Positions 26,605 to 33,860 of a DNA stretch of 64,000 nt are shown here, one piece after another. The translations under genes were made by a program, and so were the position numbers. The first letter of the stretch is position 1. Each line of letters opens with the position of its first letter. Origin of the DNA: an uncultured Planctomycetales bacterium (GTDB taxonomy: Bacteria > Omnitrophota > Gorgyraeia > Zapsychrales > JAHFFX01); the NCBI GenBank assembly GCA_964464475.1, contig CAYXGG010000005.1:33143-97142 (forward strand), in the 5' to 3' direction. Below the pieces are notes generated by a model that worked only from the letters and a program-made list of their open reading frames with translations, was not told the DNA's origin and did no database searches.

Positions 26605-27315
26605 ATGAAAACACGGATCAAAATCGATAGTTCCATCCTTTCCTTCATCATTATTCTGACGGGATTTCTGTATCTGTTCCCGTACCTCTATTCTCCGCAA
26701 ACGCCGTGGCTGGAGGTGATTTTGGATTTCTTTGGCGTTATCGTTTTGCTTTCGGGAACCTATTTGCGCATGGTGGCCCGCGGGCATAAGAAGGCCAACT
26801 CCGGGCAGGGGCATGCGCTGGTCAAGGATGGCGTTTACGGTTTCGTACGAAATCCGATGTACTTAGGAAGCTACTTGATGGGGGTTGGGTTTATTTTGTT
26901 GGTCTGGCCGTGGTGGACGCTCCCGCTATTTACCATTCTTTTTTATAATCGATTCATGATACAGGTGAAGGGCGAAGAAGCGCATTTATTGAAGATGTTT
27001 GGTCAAGGGTATGAAGATTATTGCCTTAAAGTTCCGAGGATATTTCCAACGGTCAGCGTTCTGCATCAGGTTAATTTTGTCAAAACTTTTCCCGTTCAGG
27101 AAGCACTTAATACCAAGGACCGTCGGGGAATATGGGTGTGGCCGCTGGTGGCGTTGGTGCTGGAAACTTTTCAACAAAAGATGGTTTTTGGAATTTTTGA
27201 TTTAACGAATAATATTCCAACTTTTATGTTCGCAATCTTTGTTTTTACGATGGGGCTCTGGGTTTTGTACTTGACTGCTCCGGAAGCGGAAAATTATGTC
27301 CAAGATTCAAAATAA
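26605..27315 (+). CDS. Isoprenylcysteine carboxyl methyltransferase (ICMT) / phospholipid methyltransferase family membrane protein
   Basis: GVYGFVRNPMYLGSYLMGVGF...EEAHLLKMFGQGYEDYCLKVPRIFP is the ICMT/PEMT C-terminal signature (RHPxY..G, EE..L...FG..Y..Y). Confidence 0.55.
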   Translation: MKTRIKIDSSILSFIIILTGFLYLFPYLYSPQTPWLEVILDFFGVIVLLSGTYLRMVARGHKKANSGQGHALVKDGVYGFVRNPMYLGSYLMGVGFILLVWPWWTLPLFTILFYNRFMIQVKGEEAHLLKMFGQGYEDYCLKVPRIFPTVSVLHQVNFVKTFPVQEALNTKDRRGIWVWPLVALVLETFQQKMVFGIFDLTNNIPTFMFAIFVFTMGLWVLYLTAPEAENYVQDSK

Positions 27316-28066
27316 ATTTAAGGTTATTGCCAATAAAAGATTATGTCCGCGGTTTTTTTGCCTGTCGCTGGATGCTAAGTCTATTTTAAAAAGCATTAAG
27401 CCAGGGCAGTTTGTGCACATTAAAGTTAATGAAGGGCTGGAGCCGTTCTTTCGTCGGCCGTTTAGCGTGTATCGCGCCCAGAAAACACTGGATGTTTTTT
27501 TTGAGCCGGTGGGGCCGGGGACAAAAATTTTAAGCCAAAAAAAGCCGGGTGATGTCTTGGATGTCTTGGGGCCATTAGGGAATTCGTTTAGTTTGCCTCC
27601 TAAAGGAACAAAACAAGTTGTCATGATCGCTGGTGGAATTGGGGTGGCGCCCTTTTTGCTGTTGACAGATCAGCTGAAGAGTAGAGGGTTGGAATTGATT
27701 TTGCTGTTCGGGGCACGGACCAAAGAACACACCTTTCCGATGACTGAATTTAAGAAAAATGGCGTGAAGGTTTATGTCTCAACTGACGATGGGAGTGTCG
27801 GTGTCAAAGGAAGGGTTTCGGAATTATTTGATAAGATCAAGTTAGATTCGAAGACCACACAACTTTATACCTGCGGTCCGCATCCGATGATGCACGCGGT
27901 GCAGCGTTTTGCCAAGGAACATGATTTGCGTTGTGAGGCGTCATGTGAAGAAGTGATGGCTTGCGCGTTAGGCGCTTGTCTGGGCTGTTCGATTAAAACG
28001 ACCAAAGGTTATAAGACGGTTTGCTATGATGGGCCAGTCTTTGATGTGCAGGAAGTGGTTTTTTAG
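27296..28066 (+). CDS. pyrK: Dihydroorotate dehydrogenase electron-transfer subunit (FAD/[2Fe-2S])
   Basis: FHIKVNEGLEPFFRRPFSV (FAD binding). C-terminal cysteine cluster CEASCEEVMACALGACLGCSI. 256 aa, immediately upstream of pyrD. Confidence 0.8.
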   Translation: MSKIQNKFKVIANKRLCPRFFCLSLDAKSILKSIKPGQFVHIKVNEGLEPFFRRPFSVYRAQKTLDVFFEPVGPGTKILSQKKPGDVLDVLGPLGNSFSLPPKGTKQVVMIAGGIGVAPFLLLTDQLKSRGLELILLFGARTKEHTFPMTEFKKNGVKVYVSTDDGSVGVKGRVSELFDKIKLDSKTTQLYTCGPHPMMHAVQRFAKEHDLRCEASCEEVMACALGACLGCSIKTTKGYKTVCYDGPVFDVQEVVF

Positions 28067-28130
28067 AGGTCACAAGGACACCAGTCACAAGACACAAAAA
28101 TTTGTGACTTGTGTCGTGTGTCTTGTGACA
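28067..28130. promoter_or_regulatory. Compound dyad element built of GTCACA/TGTGAC half-sites, between pyrK and pyrD
   Basis: 'gtcacaaggacaccagtcacaagacacaaaaatttgtgacttgtgtcgtgtgtcttgtgac'. GTCACAAGACAC pairs with GTGTCTTGTGAC. A similar element occurs at 50090-50160. Confidence 0.5.
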
Positions 28131-28134
28131 ATGG

Positions 28135-29049
28135 GTGCTTAATATGAATATCTCCATTCAAATAGGTTCTGTTAAATTTAAAAATCCGGTGACGGTGGCC
28201 TCGGGGACGTTTGGTCATGCCGAGAAGTATTATGACTTGGAGGAAGTTAAGAAGCTCGGCGCGATTGTGCCCAAGACGGTGATGCTGCATCCGCGGGAGG
28301 GCAACCCCCCGCCGCGGATCCTGGAAACGCCGTCAGGGATGTTGAATGCCATTGGGATCGAAAATCCCGGAGCTGATGGCTTCATTGAAAAGAAATTGCC
28401 GGGGTTTCGTAAGATAGGAGTCCCTTTAATCATTAGTATTTTAGGCCACACGGATGAAGAATTTGAAGAGCTTGTGCGCAAATTTAACGCGGCCTCCGGG
28501 GTGAGCGCTTTAGAGTTGAATCTTTCTTGCCCAAACTTAAAGCAGAAATTATTGGTGGCTCAGGATCCTGAGGCAACCCAAAGGGTTGTCCGTAAAGTGA
28601 AGGCGCTTTCTAAATATCCCGTTATTGCGAAACTTTCACCTAACGTGACGGACATTGCGGCGATCGCGTTAGCCGCCCAGCAGGGTGGAGCGGACGCGGT
28701 GAGCTTAGTTAATACCTTTGGCGCGATGGCGATTGATATCAAAACACGAAAGTCTCGATTGGGAAATTTTACGGGCGGACTGAGTGGTCCTGCCATCCGC
28801 CCGATCGCAGTTAGGATGGTGTATGAGGTGGCTCAGGCGGTCAAAATTCCTATCGTGGGTATGGGAGGAATTTTAACTGCACGAGATGCTTTGGAATTCA
28901 TCATCGCCGGGGCCACGATGGTGGCGGTCGGGACCGGGAACTATTTAAATCCCCGCGCACCCATGGAGGTCTTGGAAGGCATTGTGGGCTTTATGAAAGA
29001 AAATAAAATACAAGATTTAAGTGAGTTGCGAGGAAGTATAAAAAGTTGA
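28135..29049 (+). CDS. pyrD: Dihydroorotate dehydrogenase catalytic subunit (class 1B)
   Basis: FKNPVTVASGTFG. LNLSCPN with active-site Cys. GGIxTA. 304 aa. Confidence 0.9.
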   Translation: MLNMNISIQIGSVKFKNPVTVASGTFGHAEKYYDLEEVKKLGAIVPKTVMLHPREGNPPPRILETPSGMLNAIGIENPGADGFIEKKLPGFRKIGVPLIISILGHTDEEFEELVRKFNAASGVSALELNLSCPNLKQKLLVAQDPEATQRVVRKVKALSKYPVIAKLSPNVTDIAAIALAAQQGGADAVSLVNTFGAMAIDIKTRKSRLGNFTGGLSGPAIRPIAVRMVYEVAQAVKIPIVGMGGILTARDALEFIIAGATMVAVGTGNYLNPRAPMEVLEGIVGFMKENKIQDLSELRGSIKS

Positions 29050-29115
29050 TTGTAAACCCCTGGTGGGTGAGATATACTTTCGTTAAACGTTTTTATGATC
29101 GATCGGAGGATTGGT

Positions 29116-29322
29116 ATGTATACTGTCAAAGTCTCACCCAAATATCAAGTTGTCATCCCGCTAGGGATACGAAAGACCCACAAGGTAGTTCCGGGAGAGA
29201 AATTTCAAGTGTTGCCTTATGAAGGACGGATCGAGTTGGTGCCCGTACGTGATATTAAAAAAATGCGAGGATTTCTTAAGGGTATTGATACCGAAGTGGC
29301 CCGCGATAAAGATCGGTCATGA
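29116..29322 (+). CDS. vapB: AbrB/MazE-family type II antitoxin (VapB-like)
   Basis: MYTVKVSPKYQVVIPLGIRKTHKVVPGEKFQV is a swapped-hairpin AbrB-type fold. Overlaps the downstream PIN gene by 4 nt. Confidence 0.65.
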   Translation: MYTVKVSPKYQVVIPLGIRKTHKVVPGEKFQVLPYEGRIELVPVRDIKKMRGFLKGIDTEVARDKDRS

Positions 29323-29690
29323 ATTTAGTCGACTCTTCAGGCTGGTTGGAGTATTTTGCCGATGGTCCCAAGGCTAAATATTTTCAATCACCGATCCATG
29401 ATACTCGCCGTTTAATTGTTCCAACCATTAGCTTATATGAAGTGTTTAAGAAAGTTTTATTGGAATTTGGAGAAGATAAAGCTTTGCAAGCTATTGCTTT
29501 GATGGAGAAGGCGAAGGTGATTGATTTGGATCTAGAGTTATCTTTAAAAGCGGCTAAATTAAGTCATCAATTAAAATTACCAATGGCGGACAGTATTATC
29601 TTAGCAACGGCCAGAATGAATGATGCTATGCTTTGGACCAAGGATGCTGATTTTAAAGGGATGCTGAATGTTAGGTATTTGGGTGATTAA
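29319..29690 (+). CDS. vapC: PIN-domain toxin VapC
   Basis: LVDSSGWLEYF has the N-terminal D of the PIN fold. Conserved acidic residues ...TKDADF. 123 aa. Confidence 0.7.
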   Translation: MNLVDSSGWLEYFADGPKAKYFQSPIHDTRRLIVPTISLYEVFKKVLLEFGEDKALQAIALMEKAKVIDLDLELSLKAAKLSHQLKLPMADSIILATARMNDAMLWTKDADFKGMLNVRYLGD

Positions 29691-29709
29691 CATTTCTTTT
29701 GGGAAATAA

Positions 29710-30411
29710 GTGAGATATATGAATAAGCTTATCGTCGCGTTGGATGTCGAATCTGGTGAAGAAGCCAAGCGGTTGGTAAAATTGTTAGCGCCGGAGGTGG
29801 AAGTTTTCAAAATCGGCTCACAAATTTTTACGGCGTTGGGGCCGGAAATCGTTCGTTATGTTGAAAATTTAGGAAAGAAAGTTTTTTTAGATCTGAAATT
29901 TCACGATATACCAAATACCGTTGCCAACGCGGTGACCGCGGCGGTGGAGATGAGCTCGGGTGGTCTGTTGATGTATACGATGCACACGGTGGGGGGTGCA
30001 CAGATGTTAAGTCAAGCCGTGGCCGCGGGGAAAAAACGCGCCCAACAAAGAGGTTTTACGTCTCCATTGGCCCTGGGGATTACCGTCTTGACAAGTGAGG
30101 CCGCCACCGATAACATATCCGCTCTTGTGATGGAGCGGGCTAAGCTTGGCTTAGAAGCGGGCTGCGATGGGGTTGTTTGCTCGGCTGAAGAAGTGGGGAG
30201 TCTAAAGAAAAAATTTGGCAACCGATTGAAATTAGTGACACCCGGCATTCGTCCGGCTGGTGAGGCTGCCGGTGATCAAAAACGTACCGCAACCCCGGCG
30301 CAGGCTTTAAAAAATGGCAGCGATTACTTAGTTGTGGGGAGACCCATCGTTAAGGCCGCCGATCCTTTAGAAGCGACAAGAAAAATTTTGGAAGAGATCC
30401 GTTCTTTGTGA
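29710..30411 (+). CDS. pyrF: Orotidine-5'-phosphate decarboxylase
   Basis: LIVALDV. DLKFHDIPNT (catalytic Lys). LVVGRPI. Start may be the Met at 29719. Confidence 0.85.
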   Translation: MRYMNKLIVALDVESGEEAKRLVKLLAPEVEVFKIGSQIFTALGPEIVRYVENLGKKVFLDLKFHDIPNTVANAVTAAVEMSSGGLLMYTMHTVGGAQMLSQAVAAGKKRAQQRGFTSPLALGITVLTSEAATDNISALVMERAKLGLEAGCDGVVCSAEEVGSLKKKFGNRLKLVTPGIRPAGEAAGDQKRTATPAQALKNGSDYLVVGRPIVKAADPLEATRKILEEIRSL

Positions 30412-30415
30412 ATTT

Positions 30416-30523
30416 GGGCGGTTAGCTCAGTTGGCTCCGACGTTTTCTAGATTAGTGTAAAGGAGGTCGGAGTCCCGCCTACATTTTGAATATTTAGGAA
30501 TGGCGGGAGAGCACTAAGATTCT
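30416..30523 (+). pseudogene. Pseudo-tRNA. A tRNA 5' half (GGGCGGTTAGCTCAGTTGG...GAGCAC) is interrupted by a roughly 70-nt double-hairpin module.
   Basis: The D-arm sequence is interrupted after AGTTGG by 'ctccgacgttttctagattagtgtaaaggaggtcggag' plus 'tcccgcctacattttgaatatttaggaatggcggga'. No anticodon or T arm follows. Confidence 0.55.
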
Positions 30524-30597
30524 GGACGAATAGCTCAGTTGGTTAGAGCACTTGATTTACATTCAAGGGGTCGTAGGTTCAACTCCTACTTCGTCCA
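30524..30597 (+). tRNA. tRNA-Val (anticodon TAC)
   Basis: Acceptor GGACGAA/TTCGTCC. D-arm GCTC-AGTTGGTTA-GAGC. Anticodon stem CTTGA/TCAAG with loop TTTACAT gives anticodon UAC. T-arm GTAGG-TTCAACT-CCTAC. Discriminator A. Confidence 0.8.
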
Positions 30598-30705
30598 TAA
30601 ATTATTGTTAGTTCAACTGGGGGTCAGAGGTTCGTCCCAACCTTTCCTTAAAATAATATGAGGAAGGTGGGACGTCCTCTATTGCCCATTTAAATTTTTT
30701 GATGC

Positions 30706-30960
30706 GAATAGCTCAGTTGGCTCCGACGCTTTCTAGATTAGTGTAAAGGAGGTCGGAGTCCCGCCTACATCTTAAAATATTAGGGATTGGCGGGAGAGCA
30801 CTTGATTTACATTCAAGGGGTCGTAGGTTCGCCCCAACTCTCCTTAAATTGTTAAGAAATTCTGGAAGAAGTTGGGGCAGTCCCTGTTTTATTCTGGAAT
30901 TTATTGAAAGAAAACAGGGACGACTCCTACTTCGTCCATTAAAATTTAGGTTTAAGAATT
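30706..30960 (+). pseudogene. Mosaic pseudo-tRNA-Val carrying a roughly 70-nt D-loop insert and a roughly 90-nt T-loop insert
   Basis: Contains exact copies of tRNA-Val segments: GAGCACTTGATTTACATTCAAGGGGTCGTAGGTTC, and ACTCCTACTTCGTCCA at 30942-30957. The first is separated by the same double-hairpin module seen at 30437-30507. The second is separated by a new two-hairpin insert (ccccaac...gttgggg, then cagtccctgtttt...aaaacagggacg). Positions 1-2 of the acceptor stem cannot pair. Confidence 0.55.
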
Positions 30961-30978
30961 AAGAGTAAAGAATTAAGA

Positions 30979-31341
30979 ATGGATGAACCGAATTACAGAA
31001 AGCTTATTGTTTGGCAAAAAGCACATCAAAACGCGCTTCTTATTATTAAATTGTTGGACGAAACTTCTGTTAAGTATTCTAGAATTATTAGTCAATGCAT
31101 TAGTTCAGCAACTTCAATCGGAGCCAATATTGCAGAAGGAAATTCAGCATCCACAATCAAGGGGAAGAAGAGATATTTTGAAATTGCCATTAATTCGGGT
31201 TACGAGTTTGATAATTGGTTGCAAATTTTGAAAGATTCTGATAGTATTTGTCCCAATAAATTTCCACTTGCTGAAGTTGAAATGCGAAATATTGAAGTTA
31301 TCAAGATGTTAAGTAAATTGATAATGGGTCTTAAATCTTAG
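30979..31341 (+). CDS. Four-helix-bundle protein (TIGR02436 family; rRNA-intervening-sequence / Avd-like)
   Basis: WQKAHQNALLIIKLLDETS...ATSIGANIAEGNSASTIKGKKRYFEIAINSGYEFDNWLQI matches the IVS-encoded and DGR accessory (Avd) four-helix-bundle family pattern. Confidence 0.55.
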   Translation: MDEPNYRKLIVWQKAHQNALLIIKLLDETSVKYSRIISQCISSATSIGANIAEGNSASTIKGKKRYFEIAINSGYEFDNWLQILKDSDSICPNKFPLAEVEMRNIEVIKMLSKLIMGLKS

Positions 31342-31367
31342 TTCTTTTTTTCTCTATTCTGTTTTTT

Positions 31368-31445
31368 GGGGACGTGGTGTAGCCTGGTTAACATGTCAGA
31401 TTGTCGATCTGAAGATCGCGAGTTCAAATCTCGTCGTCCCCGCCA
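31368..31445 (+). tRNA. tRNA-Asp (anticodon GTC), CCA encoded
   Basis: Acceptor GGGGACG/CGTCCCC. Anticodon stem TCAGA/TCTGA with loop TTGTCGA gives anticodon GUC. T-arm GCGAG-TTCAAAT-CTCGT. Discriminator G then CCA. Confidence 0.8.
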
Positions 31446-31447
31446 AA

Positions 31448-31487
31448 TAAAAAAACACTCACTATTTAAACAGTGAGTGTTTTTTTA
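31448..31487. terminator. Bidirectional intrinsic terminator
   Basis: AAAAAAACACTCACT-atttaaac-AGTGAGTGTTTTTTT is a perfect 8-bp stem flanked by A and T runs. Confidence 0.7.
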
Positions 31488-31703
31488 TTTGGCGAGGCTC
31501 GCCCTTCCCAAATTGGGAATAGTGAAGGGCGGCCCGCTCCATGTACTCGTACAAAAACCTCGGTACCCTTTGGGTCGAGGTTTTTTGATTTTAATAGGAA
31601 AGACGCGGGATGCCCCGAGAGGCGTCCCTGCCCAACGGGGCCCCGCTGAGAAATTGAAATGCGGTCCACCTAGGCGCATCCTTCTAACCTCCTAGTTAGA
31701 AGG

Positions 31704-32078
31704 ATGCTTTACAAGATATCTTATCTTTCTTATTGTTGGATAAGGATTCCCGGTTATCATAAACATCTAGGATGTTTCGTAACCCGGAGGTGTGCTATTA
31801 ATCCTGATCCGTTTTCAGTTAATTCTCTCACCAATTCTCTGCAAGAAATGCTCCCTGCCGGCGCTAGTTCCGGATTCTCAATGGCCAATATTGTTTTTGG
31901 TTTAATTTACGGCGCTATTGGTTTTATCGCGTTTTCCTACGGCAAAAGTAACAGCAAAATGAAACCGTTGATTCTGGGGATCGCTTTGATGGGGTTTCCC
32001 TATTTTGTTTATAACACGACGGGATTGCTGTTGATCGGCCTGGGCCTGATTGCCGCGTTGTATTTCTGGCGGGATTAA
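31704..32078 (+). CDS. Small two- or three-TM membrane protein (hypothetical)
   Basis: C-terminal hydrophobic segments IVFGLIYGAIGFIAFSY and LILGIALMGFPYFVYNTTGLLLIGLGLIAALYF. Start uncertain; an internal Met lies near 31857. Confidence 0.4.
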   Translation: MLYKISYLSYCWIRIPGYHKHLGCFVTRRCAINPDPFSVNSLTNSLQEMLPAGASSGFSMANIVFGLIYGAIGFIAFSYGKSNSKMKPLILGIALMGFPYFVYNTTGLLLIGLGLIAALYFWRD

Positions 32079-32100
32079 TTAGTTATTTAACCACCAAAGA

Positions 32101-33729
32101 TTAATTCAGAAAATTACGACGTTTCAGAATTACCGTGCCATGATTCCACGCCCAGCCGGGTTCGTTTTGCCAGTCTCCGAATTGCGCGACGGGCGCGAAG
32201 TTGTCTTCCAAATATTTCCCAATCAACGGACAGTAGGTCTTTCCTAGGACTCCCAGTCCCGGTTCTTGGGTCGCGTTCATGCGGCTGGAGGCGAGGACCC
32301 AATTCACTTTATTCTTTTCTAATTCCGAGATAACGCTACGTTCTTGTTCCGGAGGGATTTTGATATGATCAAAAAAGATCAACTGACGGGTGGGGGTTTT
32401 TTTGCCGGTCAAATAGTAATAGAGGCAGTCGTAGGGCAGAGCGAAAAATAATTCATCACGGGTGAGATTCTTTTGTAAATAATCTGTGGTCAGGTTGACC
32501 GTCTGGGCCCAGCTGGGATGGTTGGTGGTGTAAATCTGCAGCCGAGAGTTTGTAAGGAATTGCTGCGGATTTCTTATTTTGGCTAATTCGTTTAAATTGG
32601 CCTGGTGGTTGTTGATGACGACGGACAAGGCACCTACCAAAAGGGCTCCAGCAATCCAGCGGGGTAAATTAATGACTGCAAAAGCGATTAACGAAACGAT
32701 CAAGGTTAATTGAAAGGGTTTGATCCAAAAATGGCGATAGAAGACGCCACTAACCAGGAATTCGTGAAAGTTTAAGATAATGAGAAGGACCAGCCCTCCT
32801 AAAAAAAGACCGAAGGTGCGTTTGGTTGTCGATGGAGTTTTGATGGTGGTTAATTGATAGATGCTCTGAATGATTGCCAACACTAACAGGACGGCCGTGA
32901 TTTTGTTGGTCAAGGTAAAGAGAATGTTTTGTTTGGTGAAGTCCGCGAACATGGACAGCGCTTGCCAAGGGGTGACGCTGTAGGGCTGGTCGCCCTTGAC
33001 GTAAGGGAAGCATTGACGGATTTCCATGATGCTTAAGCCGCGCACGCACCAAATGTAAATAGCCGCAGTGCAAGCTAATAAAGCGAAGCCGCCGATAAAA
33101 AGCGGGGGCAACCATTCTTTAATGGGGCGGCGGTGAACGAGGTTGGTAACGATGACCATGGCCCCGAAGCCCGCGAGGGTCGCCAGGCCGATGTTGATTT
33201 TAACGAGCCCAAGAAGAAAAATCGCTCCTAATCCGGCCCAAATGAAGGCCCCACGCTGCGTGAGGATATGTTGGGTCAGGCAATAAAGGGTGGCCGCCAA
33301 CAACGTGATCCCGGCGGCATTGTTATATGTATAAAAGAAATCGGGATTAAAAGCCCAAAACCATAAGCTGCCAATAAGACCCAGCCACGGAGAGCGCAGT
33401 GCGGTCAGCGTTAGGAAAATAAATATTCCGGAACAAAGATTAAAAAACATCTTCACCAGTAAAACATTTTTGATGCTAATTCCCAGAACACTTAACACCG
33501 GCGCGTAAATGTAAGGCATCAAGGGGCCGTAGACCCACCAATAATCAAGGTAGGGGCGCTGGCCGTGCGCGGTTTGTTCAAAAGCGTAAAGGTCCCGTCC
33601 ATGGTCACCTTGAGAAAGCATCGCTTGGAAATCTAAAAAAGGGGACAAGATAATGGCGCCGCCAACGAGTGAAGCCGTTAGGCACAGCCAAAACCAAAAT
33701 TGTGGGAGGTGATCGTTAGGTTTGTTCAA
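32101..33729 (-). CDS. Large polytopic membrane protein, putatively a GT-C-fold glycosyltransferase, with a C-terminal periplasmic domain
   Basis: 542 aa. About 12 predicted TM helices followed by a soluble C-terminal domain of about 150 aa. No catalytic motif can be called by eye. Confidence 0.45.
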   Translation of the reverse strand: MNKPNDHLPQFWFWLCLTASLVGGAIILSPFLDFQAMLSQGDHGRDLYAFEQTAHGQRPYLDYWWVYGPLMPYIYAPVLSVLGISIKNVLLVKMFFNLCSGIFIFLTLTALRSPWLGLIGSLWFWAFNPDFFYTYNNAAGITLLAATLYCLTQHILTQRGAFIWAGLGAIFLLGLVKINIGLATLAGFGAMVIVTNLVHRRPIKEWLPPLFIGGFALLACTAAIYIWCVRGLSIMEIRQCFPYVKGDQPYSVTPWQALSMFADFTKQNILFTLTNKITAVLLVLAIIQSIYQLTTIKTPSTTKRTFGLFLGGLVLLIILNFHEFLVSGVFYRHFWIKPFQLTLIVSLIAFAVINLPRWIAGALLVGALSVVINNHQANLNELAKIRNPQQFLTNSRLQIYTTNHPSWAQTVNLTTDYLQKNLTRDELFFALPYDCLYYYLTGKKTPTRQLIFFDHIKIPPEQERSVISELEKNKVNWVLASSRMNATQEPGLGVLGKTYCPLIGKYLEDNFAPVAQFGDWQNEPGWAWNHGTVILKRRNFLN

Positions 33730-33860
33730 AATGATCCTTTGTCAACGCGCGTTCATTCTAAGGAAGGGGTTCATGCTTGTCAAAGCCCAATTGAAATATA
33801 CTAAATTCTCCTGCGTCGCTATTCGCAAAGGTGTTACAATTTTTTATCTTAACTGAATAA

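Noticed and set aside
30416-30960. Archaeal-style multi-intron or split tRNA genes
   Set aside because: The genome is bacterial: L27, S21, PyrR and RsmI are present. The acceptor stems of the interrupted copies do not pair, the inserts lack bulge-helix-bulge geometry, and an intact tRNA-Val lies between them. I call them pseudo-tRNAs or repeat-element insertions.
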